From: Candidatus Hydrogenedentota bacterium
GTDB lineage: Bacteria; Hydrogenedentota; Hydrogenedentia; Hydrogenedentales; SLHB01
NCBI GenBank assembly: GCA_013359265.1
Contig: JABWCD010000001.1
Coordinates: forward strand, 41,000 to 104,999
Direction of reading: 5' to 3'
Length of the DNA stretch: 64,000 nt
Part shown: in pieces, positions 1-10,118 of the stretch
How the letters are laid out: every line of letters starts with the position of its first letter
How positions within the stretch are numbered: position 1 is the stretch's first letter
Notes under the pieces: generated by a model
The model's input: the letters and a program-made list of their open reading frames with translations, nothing else
Databases searched by the model: none
What the model was told of the DNA's origin: nothing
Translations under genes and position numbers: made by a program

Positions 1-8
1 CGCAAGGT

Positions 9-1559
9 GTGTACAACGAACCGCGAACATCCGCACGCGGTGCGGTGATGTTGTGGGACGACGTTGGTTTGCTCGGCGGGTTCGCCGGCACTGAAACGAC
101 TCCGCTTGGGCGAGATTGGCTAACACATGCAACGGTCATTGACGGATCGACGGCGTTGAGCGGAGCGCCAGCGTTCAATGTGGTCTGGGCCGGCAACCGA
201 ACGAATCTCGACGGAGTTGCGGTTACAGGGGGATATGCTTCGTCGGTCCCATACGAACTGGGCGGAGGCGTGTTCGTACAGGGATCCTCGGTCCGCTTGG
301 CCAACTGCACCATCGAATACAATGCGGCCAATACGTTTGGCGGTGGAGCTTGTGTGTTCGTCGGCGCGGACGCGACGTTTGAGAATTGCACGTTTCGCCA
401 CAATACGGCTGGCGGCGAAGGCGGCGGATGCGATCTCGAATCGGGCGCATCGGGACGATTCGTCAGTTGCCGTTTCGAGAACAATTCAAGCAACATCGGC
501 GGAGGGGTGAATGGTTTCTTGCCCAACTTGATTCGACTCGAGCGCTGCCGATTCATCGAGAACCAAGGTGCGACGGGCGGCGGCGCGGTCTGTGTCCGCG
601 GCGGGAGCAGCCAGTCCCAGAATTGTGAGTTCAGCGGGAACACGGGCATTTTGGGGAGTGCGTACTACCTGTGGGATATCAATCACCAACTGGAGCAGGT
701 AACCTGTATTGGCAGCCCGGCATCGACCCACCCGCTCATCGTGATCGACGGCGTGCGATCGTGCGATATCCGCAATTCGATTTTCTGGTTGGACGGGCCG
801 TCGGCAATCCAGGTCATCGGAGGATCGGCGCCGACGGTGACATATTCGGACGTCAAAGGCTTGAGCCCCCTCGGCGACACCAATATTGACGCCGATCCGC
901 AGTTCATAGAGACGCCAGACGGGGTGTTATTGCGAACGGGTTCACCCTGCATTGATACGGCGGCAACGTTGCCGCACGTCCCGGCTGACCTGCGGGGCGT
1001 CGCGCGTCCGCAGCACGGCGCGTACGACATGGGTGCGTACGAGATGCGGCCCTATACGCTGCACGTCGGCACACGTGGAAGCGGAACGACCATTCCTCCA
1101 GCCGGTGACCATACGATTTTTGAACAGGATGCCGCGGTCCTGCAGGCCAATCCCGACCCGGGTTGGTATTGGTCAAAATGGGAAGGCGACGCAGCCTCTC
1201 TGGGGAACGGCGCGTCGATCGTCGTGGACAGCGACAAATCGGTGGTCGCGGTCTTCAAACAGTGCAAGCTTACCGTGAAATGGCCGGATGGCGGCGAATC
1301 TCTCGACGCCGGTGAAAAGTACGCGGTCAAGTGGAAGTGCCAAGGCGACACAGGAGACGCGGTGCGAATCGAGTTGGAGCGCAAAGGTTCGGTCGTCGCC
1401 GCGCTTCAATTGGACACGCCGAACGATGGTTCGCAGAAGTGCCGCATCCCGAGCAGCACGCCCGCAGCAGACGGTTACCGGATACGGGTAACGTCCACGA
1501 CGAATAGCAACTATACGGACACGAGCAATAGCGGTTTTCGGATCGAAGCCTCGCGGTAA
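9..1559 (+). CDS. right-handed parallel beta-helix repeat protein (pectin-lyase-fold/NosD-like), frame open to window start so possibly 5-prime partial
   Basis: Repeated Gly-rich beta-helix rungs (NTFGGGACVF, NTAGGEGGGCDL, NNSSNIGGG, NQGATGGGAV); Ser/Thr-rich C-terminus; no stop upstream in frame back to base 3. Confidence 0.55.
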   Translation: MYNEPRTSARGAVMLWDDVGLLGGFAGTETTPLGRDWLTHATVIDGSTALSGAPAFNVVWAGNRTNLDGVAVTGGYASSVPYELGGGVFVQGSSVRLANCTIEYNAANTFGGGACVFVGADATFENCTFRHNTAGGEGGGCDLESGASGRFVSCRFENNSSNIGGGVNGFLPNLIRLERCRFIENQGATGGGAVCVRGGSSQSQNCEFSGNTGILGSAYYLWDINHQLEQVTCIGSPASTHPLIVIDGVRSCDIRNSIFWLDGPSAIQVIGGSAPTVTYSDVKGLSPLGDTNIDADPQFIETPDGVLLRTGSPCIDTAATLPHVPADLRGVARPQHGAYDMGAYEMRPYTLHVGTRGSGTTIPPAGDHTIFEQDAAVLQANPDPGWYWSKWEGDAASLGNGASIVVDSDKSVVAVFKQCKLTVKWPDGGESLDAGEKYAVKWKCQGDTGDAVRIELERKGSVVAALQLDTPNDGSQKCRIPSSTPAADGYRIRVTSTTNSNYTDTSNSGFRIEASR

Positions 1560-1565
1560 TACGCG

Positions 1566-2252
1566 CTACGCGCCAGCCGGAGGAATGCTCTGCAATTCGT
1601 TCGCGTGGTGGCGGATGATGCGTCCTTCGACGAGATAGATGACGTCCTCCGCGATGTTGGAGGCGTGGTCCGCGATGCGCTCGATGTATCGCGAAACACC
1701 GAGCAGATGTATATAGCTGTACGCCGCTTCCGGTTGTTCGCGGATGCAGCGTTCGGTGCTCACGTACATATCTCGATTGATGGCATCGACCTCGTCGTCC
1801 GCGGCGATGACGGCGTTCGCGGCGGCGACGTCGAGATTTACAAGCGCGTCGAGACTCTTGTGCAGCATGGTCTGAGCTTTCTGCGCCATTCCGGGAAAGT
1901 CATATGGAATATCTACGCGCGGCACGGTCGACAAGAAGAGCGTGCGCTCGGAAATATTCACGGTTGCGTCGCCGATGCGCTCCAATTCGGTGTTGATTTT
2001 GAGTACGGCGATGATAAAGCGCAGGTCGTGCGCCACGGGCTGGTGCAACGCCAGGATTTTTTGGCAGTCTTCCTCGATATCGACTTCCATCTGATCAATT
2101 ACGGTGTCCGCGTCGATGACCGATCGTGCGACGGCCGTATCGCGGTCGGCGAACGCATGGATGGCGCGGTACACGGCCTCTTCCACCAGCGTGCCGAGGT
2201 CGAGAATTCTCTTTTTCAGTTTGTCGATTTCGTTTTGGAGATGCCTGGACAT
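1566..2252 (-). CDS. phoU: phosphate signalling complex protein PhoU
   Basis: 228 aa; two PhoU repeats; typical N-term MSRHLQNEIDKL; last gene of pst operon. Confidence 0.9.
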   Translation of the reverse strand: MSRHLQNEIDKLKKRILDLGTLVEEAVYRAIHAFADRDTAVARSVIDADTVIDQMEVDIEEDCQKILALHQPVAHDLRFIIAVLKINTELERIGDATVNISERTLFLSTVPRVDIPYDFPGMAQKAQTMLHKSLDALVNLDVAAANAVIAADDEVDAINRDMYVSTERCIREQPEAAYSYIHLLGVSRYIERIADHASNIAEDVIYLVEGRIIRHHANELQSIPPAGA

Positions 2253-2286
2253 TTCGTGTTCTCTCTAGCAGTTGCGGATCCGTGCG

Positions 2287-3054
2287 CTAACCGTAGCGGC
2301 CGGAGACGTAGTCTTCCGTGCGTTTGTCCTTTGGGTTTTCGAATATGTCAACGGTCGGCCCGAACTCGACCATGTCGCCAAGCAACATGAAGGCCGTTTC
2401 GGTAGCGACGCGCGCGGCTTGCTGCATGTTGTGCGTAACGATTACAATCGTATACCTTTCGCAGAGGTTCCACATGAGTTCTTCGATGTGGCCCGTCGCG
2501 ATAGGATCTAACGCGGAACAGGGCTCGTCCATGAGCAAAACTTCCGGCTTTACCGCGACGACGCGCGAGATGCATAGGCGTTGCTGCTGCTCCGGCGAGA
2601 GCGAAAGCGCGGCGCTGGACAGCTTGTCTTTGACGTCGTCCCACAGGCCCGTGGCGCGCAGGCTCTTTTCAACAATTTCGTCCATTTCCGGGCCGCGTGC
2701 CATCCCGTGAACGCGCAAACCATAGGCGACGTTTTCTTCGACCGTTAACGGAAATGGGTTGGGCCGTTGGAACACCATCCCGACGCGCCGCCGCAGGCCC
2801 GCCAAATCGACCCCCGGCCCGTGGATATCCGACCCGTCCAGCAGGATTTTGCCATCGATACGCACACCTTTGATGAGGTCGTTCATCCGGTTCAGGCAGC
2901 GCAGCAGCGTTGACTTGCCGCATCCCGACGGCCCGATGATTGCAGTCGTCATTTTCGGTTTGATTCGAAGGCTCACCTTGTTCAGGGCCTTGAACTTTCC
3001 GTAGAACAGGTCCAAGTCCTCGGTCTGAATCTTGTGTTCGTTGGGGCTATTCAT
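2287..3054 (-). CDS. pstB: phosphate ABC transporter ATP-binding protein PstB (copy 2 in operon order)
   Basis: Walker [13 protein letters not shown] signature LSGGQQQRL-like ([12 protein letters not shown]), Walker B LLMDEP, PstB-typical N-term. Confidence 0.9.
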   Translation of the reverse strand: MNSPNEHKIQTEDLDLFYGKFKALNKVSLRIKPKMTTAIIGPSGCGKSTLLRCLNRMNDLIKGVRIDGKILLDGSDIHGPGVDLAGLRRRVGMVFQRPNPFPLTVEENVAYGLRVHGMARGPEMDEIVEKSLRATGLWDDVKDKLSSAALSLSPEQQQRLCISRVVAVKPEVLLMDEPCSALDPIATGHIEELMWNLCERYTIVIVTHNMQQAARVATETAFMLLGDMVEFGPTVDIFENPKDKRTEDYVSGRYG

Positions 3055-3824
3055 CCGAATCGTCCGGTGAGGTACTCGTCGGTGCGCGGGTTCTCCGGCT
3101 TGGTGAATACCTGTTCGGTAGGCCCGGTCTCGATGAGCTCCCCCATGAGAAAGAAGGCGATCCGGTCGGACGCCCGGCTGGCCTGTTTTGTGTTATTGGT
3201 GACCAAAATGATGGTATGCCGCGCGGCGAGTTCTGCAAGCGCATCTTCGATTTTGGCGGTCGAAATGGGGTCGAGTCCAGAACACGGTTCGTCGAGAATC
3301 AGCACGTCCGGGTTCAGCGCGAGGACACGCGCAAGACACAACCGCTGTTGTTGCCCTCCGGAGAGATTTGTTGCGGGTTCCTGGAGGCGGTCCTTGACCT
3401 CGTCCCAAATTACCGCGGATTTGAGGGAGGATTCCACGCGTTCGTCAAGCGTCGTCTTGTCGTTGATGCCGGCCAGACGCAATCCAAAAACGAGATTCTC
3501 GTAGACGGAGCGCGGTAACGGCACGGGCACCGCGTAGACCATGCCGACGCGCCGGCGCAAGGCAGCGACGTCGACATCCGGGCTGTAAATGTCCCGTCCG
3601 TCGAGCAGCACAGTTCCGGAGAACGAGAATTCGTAGACGAGGTCGTTCAGCCGGTTGATGCAACGCAGGAAGGACGTCTTGCCGCTGTTTGCCGGCCCAA
3701 TAATCGCCAGTCGCTGGTTGGGAAAGATGTCGAGATTGAGCTTCCGAAGCACTTCCTTTCCGGAGTACCGGACCGTCAGATCGCGAATCTGGATTTTGGG
3801 ATTGACCGCGGCGGCGTCCGTCAT
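3051..3824 (-). CDS. pstB: phosphate ABC transporter ATP-binding protein PstB (copy 1)
   Basis: Walker [10 protein letters not shown], signature [13 protein letters not shown], Walker B LILDEP; 4-nt overlap with pstA. Confidence 0.9.
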   Translation of the reverse strand: MTDAAAVNPKIQIRDLTVRYSGKEVLRKLNLDIFPNQRLAIIGPANSGKTSFLRCINRLNDLVYEFSFSGTVLLDGRDIYSPDVDVAALRRRVGMVYAVPVPLPRSVYENLVFGLRLAGINDKTTLDERVESSLKSAVIWDEVKDRLQEPATNLSGGQQQRLCLARVLALNPDVLILDEPCSGLDPISTAKIEDALAELAARHTIILVTNNTKQASRASDRIAFFLMGELIETGPTEQVFTKPENPRTDEYLTGRFG

Positions 3825-4660
3825 TGCAGGCTCCGCGAGAAGCGATTCAATAACCAGTATGCAACCGCGTTAAGGAGCAGTATCGAAATGATGAGCACGG
3901 ACGCGGTCGCGTAGGCGTTGTCCATCGAGATACCTTCGCGAGACAGGATGTAGAAGTGCAGCGCGAGCGTGCGCGACGAGTCGAACATCGAACCGGGCAG
4001 GTGCAAAGCCGACCCGGCGGTCAACATGACGGCGGCAGTCTCGCTGATGCTGCGCCCGACGGAGAGGACGATTCCGGTGCAGATGCCCGGCGTCGCCGAC
4101 GGCAGGACCACGCGAGTGACCATCTGCCAGCGGGTGCTGCCAAGGCCATAACTGACTTCACGGTAGGAGTACGGCACGGCGCGAATTGCTTCCTCGGCCG
4201 TACGAATGATTGTGGGCAGCACCATCAATGCCAGCGTCAGCGCACCGGAAATCACGCTCAAGCCCATGCCGAGCGTGATGGTGAAAAACACAAAACCGAA
4301 CAGGCCAAAGATGATCGAGGGAATGCCGGCGAGACAGTCCGCGCCGAAGCGGATAATCGACGTCAACCGGCTTTCGCGCGTGTACTCGGTGAGATAGATT
4401 GCAGTGGCGACACCCACGGGCGCGGCGATAATCACCGCCAACCCCGCCACATAGACGGTCCCGACGATCATCGGGAAGATGCCGCCCATCCGCCCCATCC
4501 GCCGTGGAGACTGCAGAAGGAATTCCAGGGTAATGTGGGGCACGCCATGTGCGAGAATGTACGCGATGATGAACAACAACACGCTGACCGTAGTGCCGGC
4601 GAGCAACCACATGATGCCGACGGCCACGCGTTGCGCAGCGGTCGGAGACATGACCCTCAT
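3821..4660 (-). CDS. pstA: phosphate ABC transporter permease PstA
   Basis: C-terminal 280 aa of track ORF 3821..5656 is a 6-TM PstA-like permease (EAA-like loop RTAEEAIRAVP); ATG at 4660 overlaps pstC stop (ATGA); upstream 330 aa of the track ORF is out-of-frame overlap with pstC and rejected. Confidence 0.8.
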   Translation of the reverse strand: MRVMSPTAAQRVAVGIMWLLAGTTVSVLLFIIAYILAHGVPHITLEFLLQSPRRMGRMGGIFPMIVGTVYVAGLAVIIAAPVGVATAIYLTEYTRESRLTSIIRFGADCLAGIPSIIFGLFGFVFFTITLGMGLSVISGALTLALMVLPTIIRTAEEAIRAVPYSYREVSYGLGSTRWQMVTRVVLPSATPGICTGIVLSVGRSISETAAVMLTAGSALHLPGSMFDSSRTLALHFYILSREGISMDNAYATASVLIISILLLNAVAYWLLNRFSRSLQ

Positions 4661-5514
4661 CGGCCACCACCGCGAACGCCGCGCTTGGCAATGAGCAACG
4701 CGGCGGTATTCAGAATCATGATGATTATGAACAGCGTGACCGCCGTGGCAAACAACGCGTCCCGGTGTTTTCCGGAAGCGTACCCCATTTCGAGCGCAAT
4801 GTTGCTGGTGAGTGTGCGCACGGCGTCGAGTGGACCGTGCGGGATTTCGAGCGTGTTGCCGGCGACCATGATGACGGCCATCGTTTCGCCGACGGCGCGT
4901 CCCATACCCAAAATAATCGCGGCGACGATTCCGGAACGCGCCGCCTTCAGCAGGACCATGTAGGTGGACTGCCACTCTGTAGCGCCGAGTGCAATCGAAC
5001 CTTCCCAATACGATCGGGGCACGGCCTTGATTGCATCCACGGAGATGCTGGTAACCGTTGGCAGGACCATCACGCCGAGCACAATCGATGCGGCAAGCAC
5101 GGACAACCCCGGCCCGCCCAGATGCGTGCGAATCAGCGGCGCAATGGTTACGACGCCGATGAACCCGTAAACGACCGAGGGAATTCCGGCCAGGAGTTCG
5201 ATAAGCGGCTTTAGAATTGCGGCGATTTCGCGGGGGCAAAATTGCGTCAACACAATGGCAAGGCCAAGTCCAAACACGGTGCCGATGATCATGGCGCCGG
5301 CAGTGACCGCCAGCGAGCCGACGATCATGGACAGGATGCCGAAGCTTCCGTTCTTTGGGTCCCAATCGAGCGAGAGAAAGAACCCACGCGCACCTGATTC
5401 GATTATGAGGGGCAGGCCCGATTTGAAGATGAATACTGTAATCAACGCGAGCCCGGACACCGCCGAGAACGCCACGATCATCAGCGCAGCCGCTATGAGT
5501 TTGTCCTGTCTCAT
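4657..5514 (-). CDS. pstC: phosphate ABC transporter permease PstC
   Basis: 285 aa multi-TM permease, conserved loop SISVDAIKAVP; adjacent to pstS. Confidence 0.85.
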   Translation of the reverse strand: MRQDKLIAAALMIVAFSAVSGLALITVFIFKSGLPLIIESGARGFFLSLDWDPKNGSFGILSMIVGSLAVTAGAMIIGTVFGLGLAIVLTQFCPREIAAILKPLIELLAGIPSVVYGFIGVVTIAPLIRTHLGGPGLSVLAASIVLGVMVLPTVTSISVDAIKAVPRSYWEGSIALGATEWQSTYMVLLKAARSGIVAAIILGMGRAVGETMAVIMVAGNTLEIPHGPLDAVRTLTSNIALEMGYASGKHRDALFATAVTLFIIIMILNTAALLIAKRGVRGGGR

Positions 5515-6323
5515 TTCGCTCGCACGAGGCCTTCCGACTCGAGAGTGCGTTGCCCTTCAGGTGAAAGCACGTAATCCATAAACCGCTGTGCTTCGGGTCG
5601 AAGCGTCCCTTCCGTGATGAACAAGAACGGCCGGGCAAGCTTGTATTGGTCAGCAATTACGTTTTCGCCCGTCGGCTCGACGCCGTCCACTTTTATTGCT
5701 TTCAGCTCCGAGCCGACCAGGCCCAGTGACATGTAACCGATCGCGGCGGGATCGCCCTTGACCAGCTCTTTCACCGCTCCGTTCGATTCCTGCGTCAGCG
5801 CGGCGCGCGAGATTCGCTCTTTCCCCATGACGAGGTGCGTGAAGCTCTCGCGCGTGCCCGACCCTTCCTCACGCGTAATTGGCCGGACGGGTCCGTCTTC
5901 TCCGCCGACATCCTTCCAACTGCGAATTGAACCGCTGAATAGCGCGCGCAACTGGTCCGTTGTCAGTTCGGTCACTGGATTGCCCGGGTTGACCACGATT
6001 GCCAGGCCGTCCCGGGCGATTGTCGTGCCGGAGAACTGCTTTTCTTCGTCCTCGGTTAGCGAGCGCGAACACATGCCGATGTCGGCGAGTTGATTCGCAA
6101 CTGCCTGGAGTCCCGCCGTGGAGCCGCCGCCTTGCACCTCGACGTTTTCTTCAGCGTGTGCGGCCATGTATTCCTCTGCGAGGAATTCGGCGAAGGGCTG
6201 GACCGACGTGGAACCGACAACGTTCACCGCGCGCTCATGTTTTCCGCCGCACCCCAGTGCGAGAAAGCACAGTGCGACGGTCAAACAGAGTGACGATATC
6301 CACTCCGCTAACGATTTCGACAT
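5511..6323 (-). CDS. pstS: phosphate ABC transporter substrate-binding protein PstS (lipoprotein)
   Basis: PBP fold motifs GSTSVQPF, GGGSTAG; lipobox LALGCGG after chosen start MSKSLAEW (alternative upstream start at 6365). Confidence 0.8.
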   Translation of the reverse strand: MSKSLAEWISSLCLTVALCFLALGCGGKHERAVNVVGSTSVQPFAEFLAEEYMAAHAEENVEVQGGGSTAGLQAVANQLADIGMCSRSLTEDEEKQFSGTTIARDGLAIVVNPGNPVTELTTDQLRALFSGSIRSWKDVGGEDGPVRPITREEGSGTRESFTHLVMGKERISRAALTQESNGAVKELVKGDPAAIGYMSLGLVGSELKAIKVDGVEPTGENVIADQYKLARPFLFITEGTLRPEAQRFMDYVLSPEGQRTLESEGLVRAK

Positions 6324-6794
6324 GGTTCCCCGCGCGCCAGAATCCGGGACATCGGGTACGGACACCCCGGCCCTACTTCCCTCTCGTGATTAGCCGATAG
6401 GGTATCATTCAACGACCGTGAAGTCCAAAAGAATGCCGCCCCGAACAATCGTTGGATGGTGAAGTGCACACCCTATTCCCGCGGTAAACGGAAGCCGGAT
6501 TCGCTCCTCTATCGCGTTCCAAGCAACGGAGAAAAAGTTGGGATATCGGGTTGGTCGAAACTCCAACGGGGATCATCCCACGAGTTTGCACCCGGCGTTT
6601 CCGATGGTTCTCCATGAAGGGCTTCTCGGAGCCGCATCAGGAACTCGAGACCTGGTGCGTGAGCGGTACGGTTTCCAGCATGCATCGGCGGGCAGCCGAC
6701 GTCGTTTCGCTTCGTTGCGATTCGGGGATCTATCTCGTAGACTGACACCTCTCTACCTGAGGCGCACCGCGATGTCTGGGAGCTGTGGAGTCAG

Positions 6795-7943
6795 GTGCAG
6801 CACGATAGCGGCACAATTATTGTTGGAGCTGGTCCATCCGGTCTGGCGATGGCGGCGTGCCTCAAGCGCGCCGACGTGCCGTTCGAATTGATCGAACGCG
6901 CGGAGCACGTGGGATCGGCTTGGCGGTCGCATTACGAACGGCTGCACCTGCATACGGTCAAGAAACACTCGAACCTGCCGTACTTTTCGTTCCCGGCCGG
7001 CGTCGAGAAGTACCCGTCGCGCCAGGACGTAGTCGACTATCTCGATGCGTATATGCGCCATTTTGACATTGAGCCGCGCTTGGGCGAAGAAGTCATATCT
7101 ATCCGGCGAGATAACGGCGCCTGGCAAACGACGACGACGCGCCGCGCGTACACATCGCAGCGGGTGGTGATCGCGACAGGGTACAACCGAAGGCCGGTGA
7201 TACCCACGTGGCCCGGCGAAGAGTCGTTTCAGGGCGCCATCATACACAGCGCGGAGTACCGCAACGGAGAACCGTACCGCGGCAAACGCGTGCTCGTGGT
7301 CGGGATTGGCAACACGGGTGGCGAGATCGCAATCGATCTCTGCGAATATGGCGCTGCGCCGGTGCATATCAGCGTGCGCGGTCCCATCAACGTCATCCCG
7401 CGCGACTACCTTGGTACGCCCGCGCAAGTGTCCGGGATCATGTTGAGCAAACTCCCGCGCGCGGTGCGGTACCCACTGAGCAAAGCGATCGCACGCGTTG
7501 CGACGGGAGACCTTTCGCGGTACGGGATTCGTTGGCCGGAGTTTGGGCCCATCGAGAGCGTCGAACGGTTTGGCCGCGTCGCCCTTATCGATATCGGCAC
7601 CATCGATTTGATCAAGCGCGGCGAGATCACGGTCGTGCCGGGCATAAAGCGTTTCACCGAGCGCGGAGTTGCGTTCATGGATGGCGCTACCCACGAGTAC
7701 GACGCGGTGATCCTTGCGACGGGATACAAACCGCGCATCGAAGATTTTCTCCAAGATGCGCATGACGTAACCGACGAAGCCGGATACCCCGTTCCGCCGG
7801 CTGGCGAGTCCAAATGGCCGGGCCTGTACTTTCTCGGCTTCGTAAATCCTCCGACCGGATTGCTGCGGCAGATCGCCATCGATGCGCAGCGTATCGCCGC
7901 CGAGATTGCGTACACGGCGACCCGGAGTCACGCTCATGCGTAA
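6795..7943 (+). CDS. flavin-containing monooxygenase (FMO/Baeyer-Villiger-type) FAD/NADPH oxidoreductase
   Basis: FAD dinucleotide motif IIVGAGPSGLA near N-term (GTG start), second Rossmann VLVVGIGNTGGEIA, FMO-like ATGY motif; 382 aa. Confidence 0.8.
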   Translation: MQHDSGTIIVGAGPSGLAMAACLKRADVPFELIERAEHVGSAWRSHYERLHLHTVKKHSNLPYFSFPAGVEKYPSRQDVVDYLDAYMRHFDIEPRLGEEVISIRRDNGAWQTTTTRRAYTSQRVVIATGYNRRPVIPTWPGEESFQGAIIHSAEYRNGEPYRGKRVLVVGIGNTGGEIAIDLCEYGAAPVHISVRGPINVIPRDYLGTPAQVSGIMLSKLPRAVRYPLSKAIARVATGDLSRYGIRWPEFGPIESVERFGRVALIDIGTIDLIKRGEITVVPGIKRFTERGVAFMDGATHEYDAVILATGYKPRIEDFLQDAHDVTDEAGYPVPPAGESKWPGLYFLGFVNPPTGLLRQIAIDAQRIAAEIAYTATRSHAHA

Positions 7944-8955
7944 TATGGAACATTGGCATCCGGTTGCCCTGTCGGCCGAGTTGGGTACGAAACCGATCGG
8001 GGTCCGGCTGAACGGCGAAGAGATCGCATTGTTTCGCACTGTGCGCGGCGAAATCGGCGCATTGCAGGATCAGTGCCCGCACCGCCGCATGCGGCTCAGT
8101 TGCGGCGCGGTTAGGGGGGACCGGCTCGAGTGCCCGTATCATGGCTGGACATTTGACTGCTCGGGTGCGGGCGAAAGCCCCGGCACGCCAAAACTGCACG
8201 CGCAGGCGAAACACTACGAGGTTCGCGAGCAGTACGGCGCCGTTTGGATTCGGCGCGCGGGCGGGGAAACAGCGTTTCCTGAATTCGAGGTCGCGGGATA
8301 CCACCCGGCGTGCGTACTGCGGCACGTCGCGAGTGCGCCGCTTGAGGTGGTGCTCGACAACTTCACCGAAATCGAGCACACACCGACGACGCACGCGCTC
8401 CTGGGCTATGAACTCGCCCACATGCCGGAAGTGACGACGGCGGTCGAGTCCACCGAGGATTCGGTGTACGTCTTCAATCGCGGCCCGCAGAAGCGTATCC
8501 CGCTCTATTTTCGCGCGCTCCTGGGAGTCCGCGAGGGCGACATGTTTGTGGACGAATGGACGACACGCTTTTCGCCTGTGTATTCGGTGTACGATCAGTG
8601 GTGGTCAGACCCGAAGACCGGTAAGGAGCGGCGCGACCGCTTACGCATCTATGTGTTTTTCAATCCGATCGGTCCGGAAGAAACGGGGCTTGTCACATTT
8701 GCGTTCTTGAAATCTCGGCTTTGGAGTGGCGGCGCGGTGCGCGCCATCGTTGGGCCAGTGCTGCGCAAACTGGTTGACATGGAGGTGGGTCTCGATGTGC
8801 AGATGCTTTCGAGGCTCGCGGACAAAACGCCGGGAATCGAGGGGATGCGTCTGAGCCGTTTCGACAAGGTGCTGGGATTGAACCGGAAGCGCATCGCCAC
8901 AGTGTATCGAGGCGAGCGCGACGAGACCATCGATACGCCTGCGCTGCCGCATTAG
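7936..8955 (+). CDS. Rieske [2Fe-2S] non-heme iron oxygenase alpha-subunit-like protein
   Basis: Rieske motif CPHRRMRLSCG...CPYHGW; start ATG overlaps FMO stop (ATGcgTAA); about 340 aa. Confidence 0.75.
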   Translation: MRNMEHWHPVALSAELGTKPIGVRLNGEEIALFRTVRGEIGALQDQCPHRRMRLSCGAVRGDRLECPYHGWTFDCSGAGESPGTPKLHAQAKHYEVREQYGAVWIRRAGGETAFPEFEVAGYHPACVLRHVASAPLEVVLDNFTEIEHTPTTHALLGYELAHMPEVTTAVESTEDSVYVFNRGPQKRIPLYFRALLGVREGDMFVDEWTTRFSPVYSVYDQWWSDPKTGKERRDRLRIYVFFNPIGPEETGLVTFAFLKSRLWSGGAVRAIVGPVLRKLVDMEVGLDVQMLSRLADKTPGIEGMRLSRFDKVLGLNRKRIATVYRGERDETIDTPALPH

Positions 8956-8979
8956 CCGATACAAGACGGGAGTTATGGA

Positions 8980-9501
8980 TTGTCTGCGAAGAGTTTGGCA
9001 GTAGTCCTTGCCGAGAACATGTACGAGAACCTGGAATTGCATTATCCGCGGCTTCGCCTCATCGAGGCGGGCTATGAGGTGAAGGTTGTCGGGCCCAAGA
9101 AAGGCGAGACCTATGGGTCGAAGGAGGGATATCCTGCGGTAACGGATGCGGCATTCGGGGACATCGACCCGAAACAGGTGAAGATACTGGTGGTGCCGGG
9201 CGGTTTTGCGCCGGACAAATTGCGGCGGTATCCGGAGTGCAATCGATTTGTCGCCGACGCGTGGGCCGCGGGCGCGGTCGTTGGCGCGATCTGCCACGCG
9301 GGCTGGGTCCCCATCAGCGCCAAGATAGTGCGAGGAGTGCGGATGACGAGCGTGAACGCAATCAAGGACGACCTCGAAAACGCCGGAGCAATTTGGGTTG
9401 ATGAGCCGTGCGTCGTCGATGGTCGTTTCGTCTCGGCGCAAATACCGAAGGACCTGCCCGCGTTCATGGAAGCGGTCCTTCGTGTGGCGGAGGCGAAATG
9501 A
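8980..9501 (+). CDS. DJ-1/PfpI family protein
   Basis: 173 aa, conserved nucleophile elbow AICHAG, ILVVPGG motif. Confidence 0.8.
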   Translation: MSAKSLAVVLAENMYENLELHYPRLRLIEAGYEVKVVGPKKGETYGSKEGYPAVTDAAFGDIDPKQVKILVVPGGFAPDKLRRYPECNRFVADAWAAGAVVGAICHAGWVPISAKIVRGVRMTSVNAIKDDLENAGAIWVDEPCVVDGRFVSAQIPKDLPAFMEAVLRVAEAK

Positions 9502-10118
9502 TTGCGCAAATGCTTTGGCAATCGAACGGCGACCTTGCGAAGTCGTGCCTCGATCATCCCTTTGTGCTGGGATTGGCGGACGGCTCGTTGCCGCCGCAGC
9601 GGTTCGCGCGGTACATGGAACAGGACGCGTATTTTCTCGATGCGTTCGCGCGGGCGTATGCGATGGCGCTGGCCAAGAGCCCGGATCGCGAAGGGTTCTT
9701 CGCGTTCAAGGATTTGTTGGACGGTGTGCTTGATGAACTTCAACTGCACGAAGAGTTGGCTGCGCGGCACAATCTGAACCTCGAACCGGAGCCGTCGCCC
9801 GCTACGGTTTCGTATACGGATTTCCTGTTGCGCGTTGCGGCAATGGCGCCGGTGGGAGAGATCGTTGCGGCGATGACACCGTGCATGCGGCTGTACGCGT
9901 GGCTGGGACAAGAACTGGCGGAGAAGTTGTCAAAGACGAGCCCGTACCGAGATTGGGTGATGACGTACAGCAGCCCGGAGTTCGAAGGGCTTGCGACTCG
10001 GCTCGAGGACTTATTGGACAAGTACGGTAAAGGGCTCGACAAGGTCCCCGCGAATTACCGTCGCGCGATGGAGTTGGAGTTCGCTTTTTTCGATGAGGCG
10101 TGGCATTTGAATGTGTAG
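9498..10118 (+). CDS. TenA/thiaminase-II (heme-oxygenase-like fold) family protein
   Basis: TenA-like motifs FVLGLADGSLP, YMEQDAYFLDAFARAYA; ATG overlaps DJ-1 stop (ATGA). Confidence 0.7.
   Translation: MIAQMLWQSNGDLAKSCLDHPFVLGLADGSLPPQRFARYMEQDAYFLDAFARAYAMALAKSPDREGFFAFKDLLDGVLDELQLHEELAARHNLNLEPEPSPATVSYTDFLLRVAAMAPVGEIVAAMTPCMRLYAWLGQELAEKLSKTSPYRDWVMTYSSPEFEGLATRLEDLLDKYGKGLDKVPANYRRAMELEFAFFDEAWHLNV

Noticed and set aside
3821-5656. 611-aa ORF spanning pstA and most of pstC region
   Set aside because: The N-terminal about 330 aa are Arg/His-rich low-complexity text in a frame overlapping the bona fide pstC. Only the C-terminal 280 aa (from ATG 4660) look like PstA.
6366-6794. Pho box upstream of pstS
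   Set aside because: No convincing direct-repeat PhoB-type site could be identified by eye; left unannotated.
6753-8039. 428-aa minus-strand ORF
   Set aside because: Antisense to the FMO gene, which has clear FAD/NADPH motifs.
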